A stretch of DNA of 60,420 nt, the filler included, from Platydemus manokwari (Eukaryota), in NCBI GenBank assembly GCA_037951405.1. It is 5 parts of 5 records of this genome, joined end to end, with 100 filler letters (N's around TTAATTAATTAA, not from the genome) between each part and the next. Parts side by side here need not be neighbours in the genome. Positions count along the whole stretch, not along the records: positions 1 to 16,821 come from JBBMOY011140327.1; 4 more parts are not named here. One strand, given 5' to 3'. Each line of letters begins with the position of its first letter. Within the stretch, counting starts at the first letter, position 1. Under the pieces are notes generated by a model. The model was not told the origin of the DNA. It did not search any database and saw nothing but the letters and a program-made list of their open reading frames with translations. A program made the position numbers and the translations under genes. Positions 1-11,559 of the stretch are shown piece by piece.

Positions 1-3000
1 GACATTAAGGTCATTAGGAAAATCCGCATCGAAATCTAAAAATAGAACCTCCGATGAACGGAAAACATAAATAACAACATTAGTTGCTATAAATAGTCAC
101 TAGGATTAAAAATAGTAACTTATGCTGTACATATGCTAAAATAAGTAACATATGCTACTAAGCATAGAATGTTACCAAAAATAGCAACAAGATCCATGAC
201 TCACAATAAGACACAAAGTAGTGCAAATACTGGCAGTAAGCTTCGTACGTCGACTAATCACAGTTATAAATTGTATGAAAATTTTGACAGAGCTCAATTC
301 CGAAGCTACTATCTAATTGTATGACAATTTGAATCATCAGATTTTGGAAGAATTTTATCATGAGTAATTTCATTATCTGTGTAACTAAATTCCGACCCAC
401 GACTAGTTTAGCCTTGTGGTCTACTAAAATCTCATAAGCACTAATTAAAGTTCCCCACCGTCACTTTTACCACGAGAGACTTACCCTAGCATCTAAGCGG
501 TACACTCTTTACTATTTTCTTGACTAAAACTCTTTCCTCCCACAATAGCGAACACCGCCTTTAGTAATTTAAATTTATTGTACTCAGATTATTTATTGTT
601 GATTAATATATTGTATTTTGTCTTATTTCTATTGTTTGCTATATTTTATTTTATTAATATTTACATTTTATCTTTACTATATCGTACGAGCAATAAATGA
701 CAAAAACCTCTTATCTGTTTGGAATCCAGATAGGTAGAAGAGCTAGGGTGAATATATTGGAAATCTATTTAACCTTATCTTAAAATCCTTCTGATAAAAC
801 TATAACATTAATTTATATTTTTTTACAAATTGCACATTTGTAGTCTGAGCTTATCATTATTATAATACAACCCAGTAATCTTTAAAAATATTGATTTATT
901 GATTATTTTTGGTTGCCTTGCTTCGATTTGTAGAATGATGCTTCAATGCACATGGTTAGGAATATATTTTAGACTCTTTTATACATAACTGTGATTTGTG
1001 GCTAAATTAAGATTTGAGAGGTTATAAGATCGCATTGATATGGCTTATATATTTTACTGAATAAATTACGAATCGATCTTGAGTTTTCATAATACTAAGG
1101 CTTTCGTAAGGGTAGCTTTTAATTTTTGGTAAATGGTAAGAGCTTTTAGTATAGATGGAAATATTTATATGGTGACAATAGTTGGGAAAGATGATATGTT
1201 ATTGTCTGGATAATTCCCATAATTGAGATAAATAATACGTTTGAGTACATCATTCGATACCCTATAGCTGTTATATTTGATTCGCTGAGGTTTTGTGCGA
1301 AATATGAGGCGTTGATGTGACGGAATTGAGCTTAAAAGAGCATTTCACAGAACCTATACAATATTTTCAATGAATGTCGAGTCCTACCGTTTATTCCTTT
1401 TTCACAACTCAAAATTAGCATTACAAGCAAATAACATCAATATTATTACATTATATTCAATTTTGCTCGAATTTTACTCCTCACATATAAACTGTGTCAA
1501 TCAATAATTTCATTTTCATTCGATTAATTAACAATTTATTGATTCCCCCCCTCTCATTTCAGTTAATGGAATGATTTTATTTATTTCGTCTCCTTTGTAA
1601 ATACAACCGGTACTGATGTCATCATTTGATATGAAAGATGATTGAATGCCTTTCTTACATAGAATATCCATTATAATGAGACATGTAGAGACATCGGATC
1701 GATTCCTTCAATGATAAAACAAGATTATCAAACCGCTAATTCTCGCCAATTAATTACCCTATTAAATAACATCATTTGGATATATATTGATTGATTTTAT
1801 TAAAAAATATTTTATTCCCCACTGACAGTAATTATTCATCGATTGAGATGAAATAGAATTTGTAGCGGTAGATAAAATACATCAGACTCGTACCGATTAT
1901 AGTTACGAGAAAGCCAATAATGATGGGAGTTGGGATTGGTGATTATGGAGTATCAATATGGATTGAGAGATCGAGATAAATTTAGAGTTTTCGATTAAGT
2001 GAAATGAAATAATTGATTGATATGAATTTTGAAAATCATTCTTGTAAGCAGAGAAACAAATCGATTAATATTTTAATTTAATTTTTAATATATTGTCATT
2101 GGTTCACAGATAAAAGACAAAAATTGGTGCGATAAATTAGATGACTTGAATTTGTTAAATGACTGCTACAGTTGAGATTACCATGGCAATGGCAAATGCT
2201 GCATTTATTATTAAATAAATCTGTGCGACGATTAAATAAGAATATCTTTGAATAGCTCAACATATTTACTTTTATATATTAAATTTCTTGATCAACTTAT
2301 TCACTTAGATATGGGTATGTTCTTGTGAGATTGGAACACTGAATAATTTTCATGGATTCCGATCAATGTCGTGTTGAATTGAAAATCCGACCAATTTCAT
2401 TGAGAAATTTTCATCAACCTCGATAACTTGAAAAATTAAATCTTTATCAATTTATATTGATGAAGATGGTCAAATGAATTTCTATTTGTGGGCAAAGAAA
2501 TATTTCAACCCAACGTATTGATTCAAATCTGGGTATGATTTAAGATGATGCCTGATATTGATTGAGTAGAAAAAACCAGATTATCGGTGAATAGTATAAA
2601 ATGTTTTGATAAGTAAATGATAAATGATAAATAAATAAACCGCGTAAACATATAATGTGTCATCGATGAAAATCAATATCAGAAATAAATTGTTAAGAAA
2701 ATATAAATTCTTTAATATAATTTTGAAATGATTATGGGTTAAAGCAATTCATAAATATTGATTGTAAATCGGATTAGTCAATTGCTACGAATATGTGGTC
2801 ATTTTGCCATGTTATTAGTGAATTTGACATTGTCATTTTCAACTGATTTTAACTTATCAAAGATAATGTCCACATGGATGAGTAAATACGTTCATAAGTA
2901 ATATATTGAAACGGGCCCCTAAAGTGACCAGGATAGTTATTTTGTCGTAATTAGCTACTTCATAACACCAAGAAACAAATTATGTGCCGGTCACCTTCTT

Positions 3001-3231
3001 ATATTCTGTAAAAATAACAATAAATAACACTTATCCTATCTTTTATAAGGGTTTCTGGCCCATCACCTAACGGGAATCTTGTTTAACGATTTCTATTGTT
3101 ATAATAAAGATAGCAAATATAATTTTTAACTGAACCTCCTTTAAACTGATTTCATGCTGAACAACCAGAACCAGATTTATTTGAACACCGGCATTTTTAA
3201 TGCGTTTTTCTCATTTTATCTTGTATGTCTC

Positions 3232-3337
3232 AGTGACGTGGTTAAATAAACACGTTGTATTCGTTTAAGCAATTGTTTTGCGGATTAATTCAGTTTTTTC
3301 AATAAATATTATGTTTCTAAATGTCAATGACGTAACT
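3232..3337 (+). repeat. 5' LTR (106 bp, AGTGACGT...ACGTAACT)
   Basis: Aligns by eye to 7017-7125 at roughly 85% identity; contains AATAAA; imperfect 8-bp terminal inverted repeat. Confidence 0.9.
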
Positions 3338-3349
3338 GGCGATCACTCC

Positions 3350-6300
3350 ATACAAATCAATGCAATTACAAGAAATCAGCAGAAGAAGTAGCTATTAAAG
3401 AGTTTGCCGAATTTCAATATTCGGAAATTTGATGAAAGAAATTCACATGAAATCGCGATGTGGGTGCAAGGTACGGAGGAGTGGCTATTAATTAATAGTC
3501 TCAGCCTGATTAGCGTCTTTGATTTACTGCTTTCAGACGAGGTAGATATTTTGTGGAAAAATTTCAAATCTGAAGACACTACTGAAGAGTCAGCTAAATC
3601 GTGGTTTGAAGATACATTTACAATCAAAAAATCTATAATGAATATGATTGCCGAACTTTAAAATGTTCAACAATTGGAGAGCGAACGGTTTGCCACCTTT
3701 GGGATAAGAGTTCATAGATTGGTCGAAGTGGTGATGAATTCCGATTTGAAACAAGATTCGATAGTGAAAGATATTATCAGCAAGAGAACACGATCGAATG
3801 GGGTGAAAGACGCTCTTGCCCTAAAGCCAGACATGGATATCATGGAAGTTAGAAGTGCTGCAAAGGTCTTCGAGAATCGATAACAAAGTTTACAACGAGA
3901 TTCCCAGGCATTCAATACAATCCGTAGAGACAACTATGCTCAAGCGCTAAAAACTGGAAGAAACTACCGGTGGAATAATCATTTCAAAAAAGAAAGTAAC
4001 GAGTCAAGTACTTGTAAACCACCACATACTACCAGAACACGGAACCCCGAGCCAATAGTTTCAGAACAGAAGTTCGATTCAGGAAGAGAGAGACCAGTGT
4101 ATTCGACGAAATATATCGCCAAGAAATTGTACAGTAAGTGTCGAGGCATGCCAGACCCAAAAGAAAAACGATTGCGTGGAGACAATTGCATCTGCTGTGG
4201 AGAAAGCGGACACTACAAAAGACAATGTCCCCTAGGGCACAAATGTTTAATAGGCGGACAAGAAGGCCATAATTTCAGATAGTGCTATTTAATACAAGGC
4301 ACCAGTAGAAAGTAGAATTTTATGTATTCAGGACGAAATCGAAGAACAATTTGATCCAATCGAAGACTCAGTACTGCACTCGGTAGAAGACCAAGAAAAC
4401 TTCATCAACTCCGCCGCATACATTTCGTCGGTGGAGTTGAATTAATAGATAACAAGAAAATTTGAAATGTAATCAGATGTGAAGAGATGTTTAAGAAGCA
4501 CAACGGCATGGAGTAACATGTTGATCAACGGACCTGAAGTAGAGATGTTGTGGGATTAGGAAGAGTCTATAACGGTGATAAGCGAGAACCATTGGAAGAA
4601 AGTGCAAAGCCTGAAATTGCAGAATAGTTTGATTACGCTTAGTGGAGTATTCTCAACTAGTGCCAAACGCTGTCTGGCTAATTTTGATGTGATTGCCGAA
4701 TGCAAAGCAAAGAAACTGAAATTAAAGGTTGTGTATACAAAAAGAATCGGAGCTGTTGACACGATGAATACATTTGGGATTCAACTGAAAGAGGTGGCTA
4801 CAATCGCTTCATCACAATGTAACGAAAAATATACAGATGACGAAAGATTGAAACACGCATTGGGAACACGGGTAGAATCTATCCGAATGTGTGTGGATTA
4901 TCGAAGACTCAACGGAATGACAGAAAAAATTAGTTTTCCAATACCTGATATCCACCAACTTCTAGACTGTTTAGCAGATGCTAAACATGTCTCCTCGATA
5001 GATTTGAGACAGGCTTATTACCAAGTCGAACTAAGTCTGAGGTCCCAAGATTGCACAGCTTTTTGCACACGAGCCGGCCAATACGGTTTTAACAGACTCC
5101 CGTTTGGATCATCTAAAATACCAGCAACTTTTCAAAAGCTAATGCATGAGCTTTGTTATGGATTGATCTTTAACTGTGTTTGCTGATATACGGAAAAACT
5201 CAGGAAGACCATGACAATTTACTGGAAGCCGTGTTTCGATGAATTCAAGAGTCGAGTCTGAAAATGAATACGGAGAAATGTATACTGATGAAGTAAGGTT
5301 TTTAGGCTACACAGTCAGTGCCAAGGGCATACGAAGTAATTACGACAAAATCTAATATATAAGAGATGCCCCAGTTCTACAGTCTACCCGCAAACTGCGA
5401 TCATTTTTAGGGCTGACAAACTATTACAGGCGATTCATTGTGGGCTATGGTTTAATAGCGGCTCCACTATACACCGCAACTGCAGGTGGAGATAAGGAAT
5501 TACAATGGTCAGAATCGTATCAAACAAGATTTTTGAATCTGTGAAGCACCAATTTTGGATTTCCCAAGAGAAAACAGAATATTCGTACTCGATACGGACG
5601 CGATTTTTGGTGCAACTAAGGCTGATCTAAGCCAAGTTACTGAAGAAGAAACAGAAGTCGTTATGTCCTATGGGTCTCGATTACTGACTGGTCACAAGAA
5701 AGAATACTGTGTTACCAGGAATTACCTGATGGCTATCCACGAGCATGTTATTTACTTTAGACAATATTTGTACAGGAAGAAATTCATAGAGAGCACTGAT
5801 CACAAGGCCCTTGTATTCTTGAAGTCGACACGAAAACCGATCATCCCTCAATTTCAAACAAGGATGGCAGCGCTATCAGAATACGATTTCGATTTAAGAT
5901 ACAGAAAAGGAGAGAATCATACCAGCGCAGATGGATTGTCTAGGATCAACGAGACAATATATTCTCAGCGCAAGACGAGACAAGATGAAGCAAAAACAGA
6001 GAAACCTAAAACCAAATATTTACCTCAAATACAAACTAAATTAGAGATAATGTAAAAAATACAGGAAGCACATCATAATGATGCAGAAATAGTTGAGACA
6101 TTCAGATTTCTAAACAGTGAAACAACTCTAACTCGCGCGGAATTTTGTAATAAACATTAACTTTCTAGAATAAAAGATAAACTGATGCATCAAAGAGATA
6201 CTGAAAAATGTATTATATGTGCAAAAAGAAAGGCTGATCAATTTATAATTAAGGAGTTTCTGCTCCCTCTATTAGCCTCTGAGTTTCGAGAGCAAATTAT

Positions 6301-6991
6301 TGTGAACATTGCCAAATGGACATGATGCATAATAAGAAGTATTTAGTAGTCATTATCGACAGATTCAGCAAGCTGGTGAGCCTCACTGCTACATCTAAGC
6401 AAGACGAAAAGACAATCTTCCAGGTTATCTTGATCTCGTGGATTTATCGTTTTGGAAAGCCAAAGAGCATTCTATCGGATAAGAAGAAACAATCTGGAGG
6501 CAAATTTATGAGCGAGGCGTGTTCAAAATTGGATATCAAACAAGAATTCAGCTCACCACACCAGCATCAATCGAACGGGCCAGCGGAAAGAGTCATCAGG
6601 ACGGTACGAGATTTGATAATAGCTACCTTCAAGGGTAATAGCCTAGAAAAGTTTGGCTAAATTGTTTCCAAGGATAGAATTCTGCATCAGTGCAACACAG
6701 CAATCAATAATGAAGTTCTCGCCTTTCGAGATAATCTACGAAAGCAAGATCAATATCCATACGAATGTGAATCACAAGAACCAAACTCGAGATGGTATTG
6801 CAGCAGCAGCTAAAGAAAAATCTTCAGTGGCAGCCAACATAATGTCTAACCGAGACAGGGGTAGAAAGCCTTATCGATTTTTTCATGTGGGAGATAAGGT
6901 ACTAGTTTGCGTAGATCCCCATAAAAGAAAGAAGAATAAATACCAGTACGAAGGCCCCTACCGAATTACCAGATTCAAGTCAGACGATTAG
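3350..6991 (+). pseudogene. Disrupted gag-pol of the gypsy element
   Basis: ORF fragments 3404-3661, 3674-3883, 4097-4282, 4575-5186, 5555-6055, 6316-6660 and 6653-6991 are separated by stops, frameshifts and internal deletions. Confidence 0.9.
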
Positions 6992-7016
6992 AGTGGGTGA
7001 AAGGATGGAGGAGGTG

Positions 7017-7125
7017 AGTAGCGTGATTAAATAAACAAACACGTCATATTTGTTTAAATAATTGTTCAGCGGATTAATTCAGTTTTTAAATAAATATTAT
7101 GTCTGAAAGTGTCAATGACGTAACT
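7017..7125 (+). repeat. 3' LTR (109 bp)
   Basis: Follows the purine tract GAGTGGGTGAAAGGATGGAGGAGGTG; ends GACGTAACT, then TSD GTCTC. Confidence 0.9.
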
Positions 7126-7501
7126 GTCTCAAATCTTGCCGTTAAATCCTTCAATATTTGCGTTCCTTTAGATCACATGGAGGTAGATATTATTTAATTT
7201 GGTGCTTGCAAATTGTTTCGAAGTTGTTATTTTAGTTTTGGATTTGTGAATAAAATTTGTTTATAAATTATCTAATCTATTGATCTGAAATTATGTTTGG
7301 ATTTGCTTTGAGAAATGACTTCCTTCGATTGGGATTAGTTCATTGAATTTAGTTTGTTTTACATGAAGATCACAGTTAAAATAATTGTTTGATCAGTATT
7401 GTCTTTGTTTATTTGAATTGTGATTGAATAATAATTTGTGTGGATTCGTTTGAAGAAGATTTGTATAAATTCTGCTCATTTTTACTCCAGATTTAGTACT
7501 G

Positions 7502-8289
7502 ATGTTTGGTAATATTATTTCAATTCTTGTGATAATCGGCGGTGTATTTTTAAGTTTATCTGTTTATGGACAGATTGAGGATTCGAGAAATAATGAAAAA
7601 AATGAAGGTATATTTGTATCTATTAATATCATTTATATTTTATAATATTACATCATTTTAATTCTTATTTTATTTCTTATTTTTTAATTCTTATTATTTT
7701 AATCTTATTTCTCAATTTATACATTCATGTATATTTCATATTTTTAGATATTCCATGTTGTCAATATATGAATACGATAGTCGACGTTGCTCTTGAAAAA
7801 TATGGTTTAAAATTTGAAGAAGTTCTTTTGCCAAATTCCTCTGTATCCGGATTAACGATGATCTCTCCTCGTCTAACGGGTCTTTCGTCTATATTTAGAA
7901 GTTGTAATTCTACAATGATCGTAAATCCTGTTACTAAAAATATTCACTTTGGATTATGCGTAACTCTGGAAGAGGCTAAACTAGCGACTATTTTAAGTCT
8001 CGACGTTTGGTTCAAGAAACTGCCTAGTTTTATTTTGGTGACGATTCGAGATCTTGTTATTGAAATTAAAGTGACAGTTCCTCTGAAAGTTGGTGGACCC
8101 GTAATTCTAGATCATGTGTCAATTAACCGAATCGGAAATATTAATTTTGATGGAACTGGTGTAATTGGCGGATTAGATCCAATTCTTAATTTTATGATGA
8201 AAACGAGAATTAAAAGTGTCATCATAGATATGGTTAATAAAAAAATACCACCTGTTATTGACGATTTACTCGCAAAATATCCTTTATAA
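7502..8289 (+). CDS. Secreted ~215-aa protein, Der p 7/group-7 allergen-like (TULIP/BPI-like lipid-binding fold likely)
   Basis: Exon 1 (7502-7607) encodes a signal peptide, MFGNIISILVIIGGVFLSLSVYG. A GT-AG intron (7608-7747) joins in frame to exon 2 (7748-8289). LTGLSSIFRSC, alternating beta-strand segments and a C-terminal amphipathic helix resemble group-7 allergens. Gene model is solid; family call is tentative. Confidence 0.6.
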
Positions 8290-8920
8290 GGATAAATTAT
8301 TTTGAATTATTATTAAAAAATATTATATAATGGCTTTGTTCTTGTTAATCATTTATGCTGATATAAATAATCGTTGCATCATTTCTATACATGACAAGAA
8401 TGAATTTATCACTATAACTTGTTATATGACGATTTACAAAATATTTTGTAAAATTAAACCATTTTCGATCCTGTTACTATATTTAGTAACAATATAATTT
8501 TATTTTAAATAAAATTTAATTCGATATTTAATAAAATGAATTGAATTGATAATTGATATAAATGAATAATTTATCGGACAGAACGATATACAAATCACAA
8601 GATCAATTTATCATTTAATGAATAAATCTTTATAAAGGAAATGGCTGAAATAATTTATTTATTATTCGATCGAATCAATTTAAAAAGCATTTCCAGAAAT
8701 AGAAATTCTCCTCATTGAATTTTAAAAAATTCGACAATATTTCTGCGAAAATAAACAAATATTTATAAATAAGAAATTATTTTCAGTGTTTATTATCTTC
8801 CCTCTGATTGTTCCTATTTATTGGATAAATTATAAACTAACTGAATAAAATAATTCATTTCTTATAATTTGTTTTAATATTTTAAATAAGAAATTTGGCT
8901 AAAGTTAAAAAAAGGGTACT

Positions 8921-9180
8921 AAAATGAAATTTTAAATTTGTTGAGTGTATTGCAAAATTCTATATAGTTTATTTAATTATATTCTTTAAAACAATTTTGA
9001 ATTTTTTATTTAAGTACCTAAGAAGAATTTGAGTTGTTTGAAATCAAATTTTAAATACACTAGAGCTTAAAAATCTCCTAAAATTTGATTTTTTTGACAA
9101 AATGAAAAATGTAGGTCGAATTGCAATTTATTGAAAATTAGCGAGGACCTTTTTTTTAACATTAGAAGCAAATTGAGAGA
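8921..9180. repeat. Dispersed repeat, reverse-complement copy of 27001-27242
   Basis: For example AAAATTAGCGAGGA vs CTCCTCGCTAATTTTC, and TAGTTTATTTAATTATATTCTTTAAAA vs TTTTAAAGAATATAATTAAATAAAC. Confidence 0.8.
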
Positions 9181-10761
9181 TATTCTCAATCTTTACAATT
9201 ATTTTATAAAAATAAGCAATGATATTATTAAAAATGTCTGTAATTAACTAACTCAATTTATAATTATAAATATATAAATTTAAAAACTCAAATAATCATA
9301 TGGAAGTGTCGTGAATAGAATGGGAATTTGGTTTTAAACTATGTTTTGTCACTATTAGACATCTTAAAAAATGAGATATTAACTGAATTATACGAAAAAA
9401 TCAAACATCGCAATTATATATAAAATTAAGCTCACATTTCTGATTTTTCCCCAAATATCTACATCAATCACACATTGAAATAGTTGCTAATGAAAAATAA
9501 TTACGATTGAAAATAAACCATAAAATAATCTTTTATGTCGATTTGGTTTCCTTTAAATGGAATGGAATTAAATTGTTCGTTTTGAAGAAACTTGCTTACC
9601 AACACTTTACTGTCATTGTATAATCTGTAATTGTCGTTCATTTATTTGTGGGAGATTAATAGAAAGTTATTTATTGATTATTATAATAATTTAAGAATTA
9701 GAATATGAAAAATAAAAATGATATTTCCGAAGTTTTATCATGGATAACATTTTGATAATGTTATTTTGTCTGAAATATAGATCAAACCAATGGTAATGCA
9801 TTTATAGTTTGCGTCGAAATAATTTTTCTGAATTGATCACAAAAAATCTTCAATAGTTAACTCATTTAATATAAAAACTCTATATATGATTGATCCTTTT
9901 TAATCGAGTTGAACTCAGTTTATATAAAATAAAAAAATACTCACGATTTTTCTATTTATTTCTGGTAACGAAATTCATTTGTAGTTGTAAGTAAATTTAT
10001 TATATTTTAGTTTATTATTATTTTTCAATTTTTTTTAGCACCGAAAAAATGTTTTGAACTTCCAAATAAAGAACTTATTGTATTCCTTTCCAGATCTTAC
10101 TTATTTTTTGAGTTTTTTTCATATAAAAGTTAATTTTTTGTATATTTTTCTCAAAATTTATCTGAAAAATTGGGTTACAATTATGGAAATTTGTAAACCT
10201 GACTGAACTTTTGGCATTATCACTACAGAATTCCTTGGATTGAATTTGACTGATAAATTTGGAATTTTTAGATTAATTCTAAATATATCGATCACCAATA
10301 GTATAATTTATTAAGCGATACGATTTGATTTAGCAAATGTGTCGCCACTGTGCTCTATATTTTCATTCATTAATTCTGTTCACTAATATAAGATGAAATT
10401 TAAAATCCATTATTTTTTTATTCAAATTCAGGTGGAGTCTTTAATTTGAAAAAGTGACATAGTCACACAATAACACACATTGGCCAATTCCGCACATACA
10501 AAATCAATAAGTCCAGTAGTAATGAGAAATTAAAGATCAAATCAAAATGTGAAATAAACTTGATACAAAAATTGGACACAGACATCGGGTATAAAAAAGA
10601 TGTAAAGATGGCCAACTACCAATTAGAAACCGAGTTTTGGTTGTATTTTTATGATACTTTGTTGAGTCGTACTGATTAGTATGTGAAATAGAATTAAAGC
10701 TTGCAACTTTCGATTTTTACTGTTAGCAATTATTTGGTTATTCAGACTTTAGTAATAACAG

Positions 10762-11318
10762 TATATACATCGTGCGATTCATAAGTCTCCTTCTCTAAAA
10801 CTAAAATAAAAAACAATAAGAATAAGCTAAATGTATTAAGTTACTTTAATACTCAACAAAACACAATAACAGTAAGAACAAATAACGGTAAATAATAAGC
10901 AATTTCATAGCAACTGTTAAAAATGTTCACTATCTTGTTCCAAACAGATAAGGCATCGTTTCCTGAAGCTTGAATAGCATTTACGGACGACTTCTTGATT
11001 GATGTTTATTGATTCACGTGAAATTTCTTCTTCAAGTTGGTTGAGCTTTGTATAATTGTTCTTGACAAGCTTTGGCACTACTCTGGTACATTATTGCTTG
11101 GCTAACTATAAACACTATCGGCAAGCGAAAATTTACCATCACCAGTTGATTCCGCCATATTGTAATAATGCAATTGATTAATAAGAAATAAAGTACATGA
11201 ATCAGTGAATAATAATTAATAATAATGAGTATAAATATGTGAGTATAAATTATATTGTTCTGTTGTTTTATTTTAGATGTTTTTTTAGACGGAGAATTAT
11301 GAATCGCACGATATATAT
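10762..11318. mobile_element. Non-autonomous DNA transposon/MITE with ~60-bp imperfect TIRs
   Basis: ATCGTGCGATTCATAAGTCTCC at ~10769 is inverted as GGAGAATTATGAATCGCACGAT at ~11291-11312; TA-rich flanks. Confidence 0.7.
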
Positions 11319-11559
11319 GTATATAAAGTTTTTGTATCCGCTTGGACTTTGATTTTCATAACCCCATGATGTATTGGCTGCTATGAAAATGAATAAGTTC
11401 TTTCTGTGGTAATAGACATTACAATTTTATTCAAGTTCGTACATAATAAACATCTTTCTTGATAATTTCTCGTCCGCATAATTATTGAAAAGATTTTATT
11501 ATATTCATTGTTTTGGTTAAGTATTTTAAAATTGAAATTGTTTGGAAAATAATTTGTAG

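Larger units (their letters stand above)
3232..7125 (+). mobile_element. Degenerate Ty3/gypsy LTR retrotransposon with both LTRs
   Basis: Direct repeats at 3232-3337 and 7017-7125; TSD GTCTC at 3227-3231 and 7126-7130; PBS-like TGGCGATC at the 5' LTR end; polypurine tract ~6991-7016. Internal broken frames run gag (CICCGESGHYKRQC knuckle), RT (RMCVDYRRLN, SSIDLRQAYYQV), RNase H (LDTDA, TDHKAL), integrase (IDRFSK, SPHQHQSNGPAER, YEGPY), the gypsy order. Confidence 0.95.

Noticed and set aside
3350-6991. Alternative genetic code or stop readthrough suggested by in-frame stops
   Set aside because: Stops co-occur with frameshifts only in decayed elements; host genes translate cleanly with the standard code.
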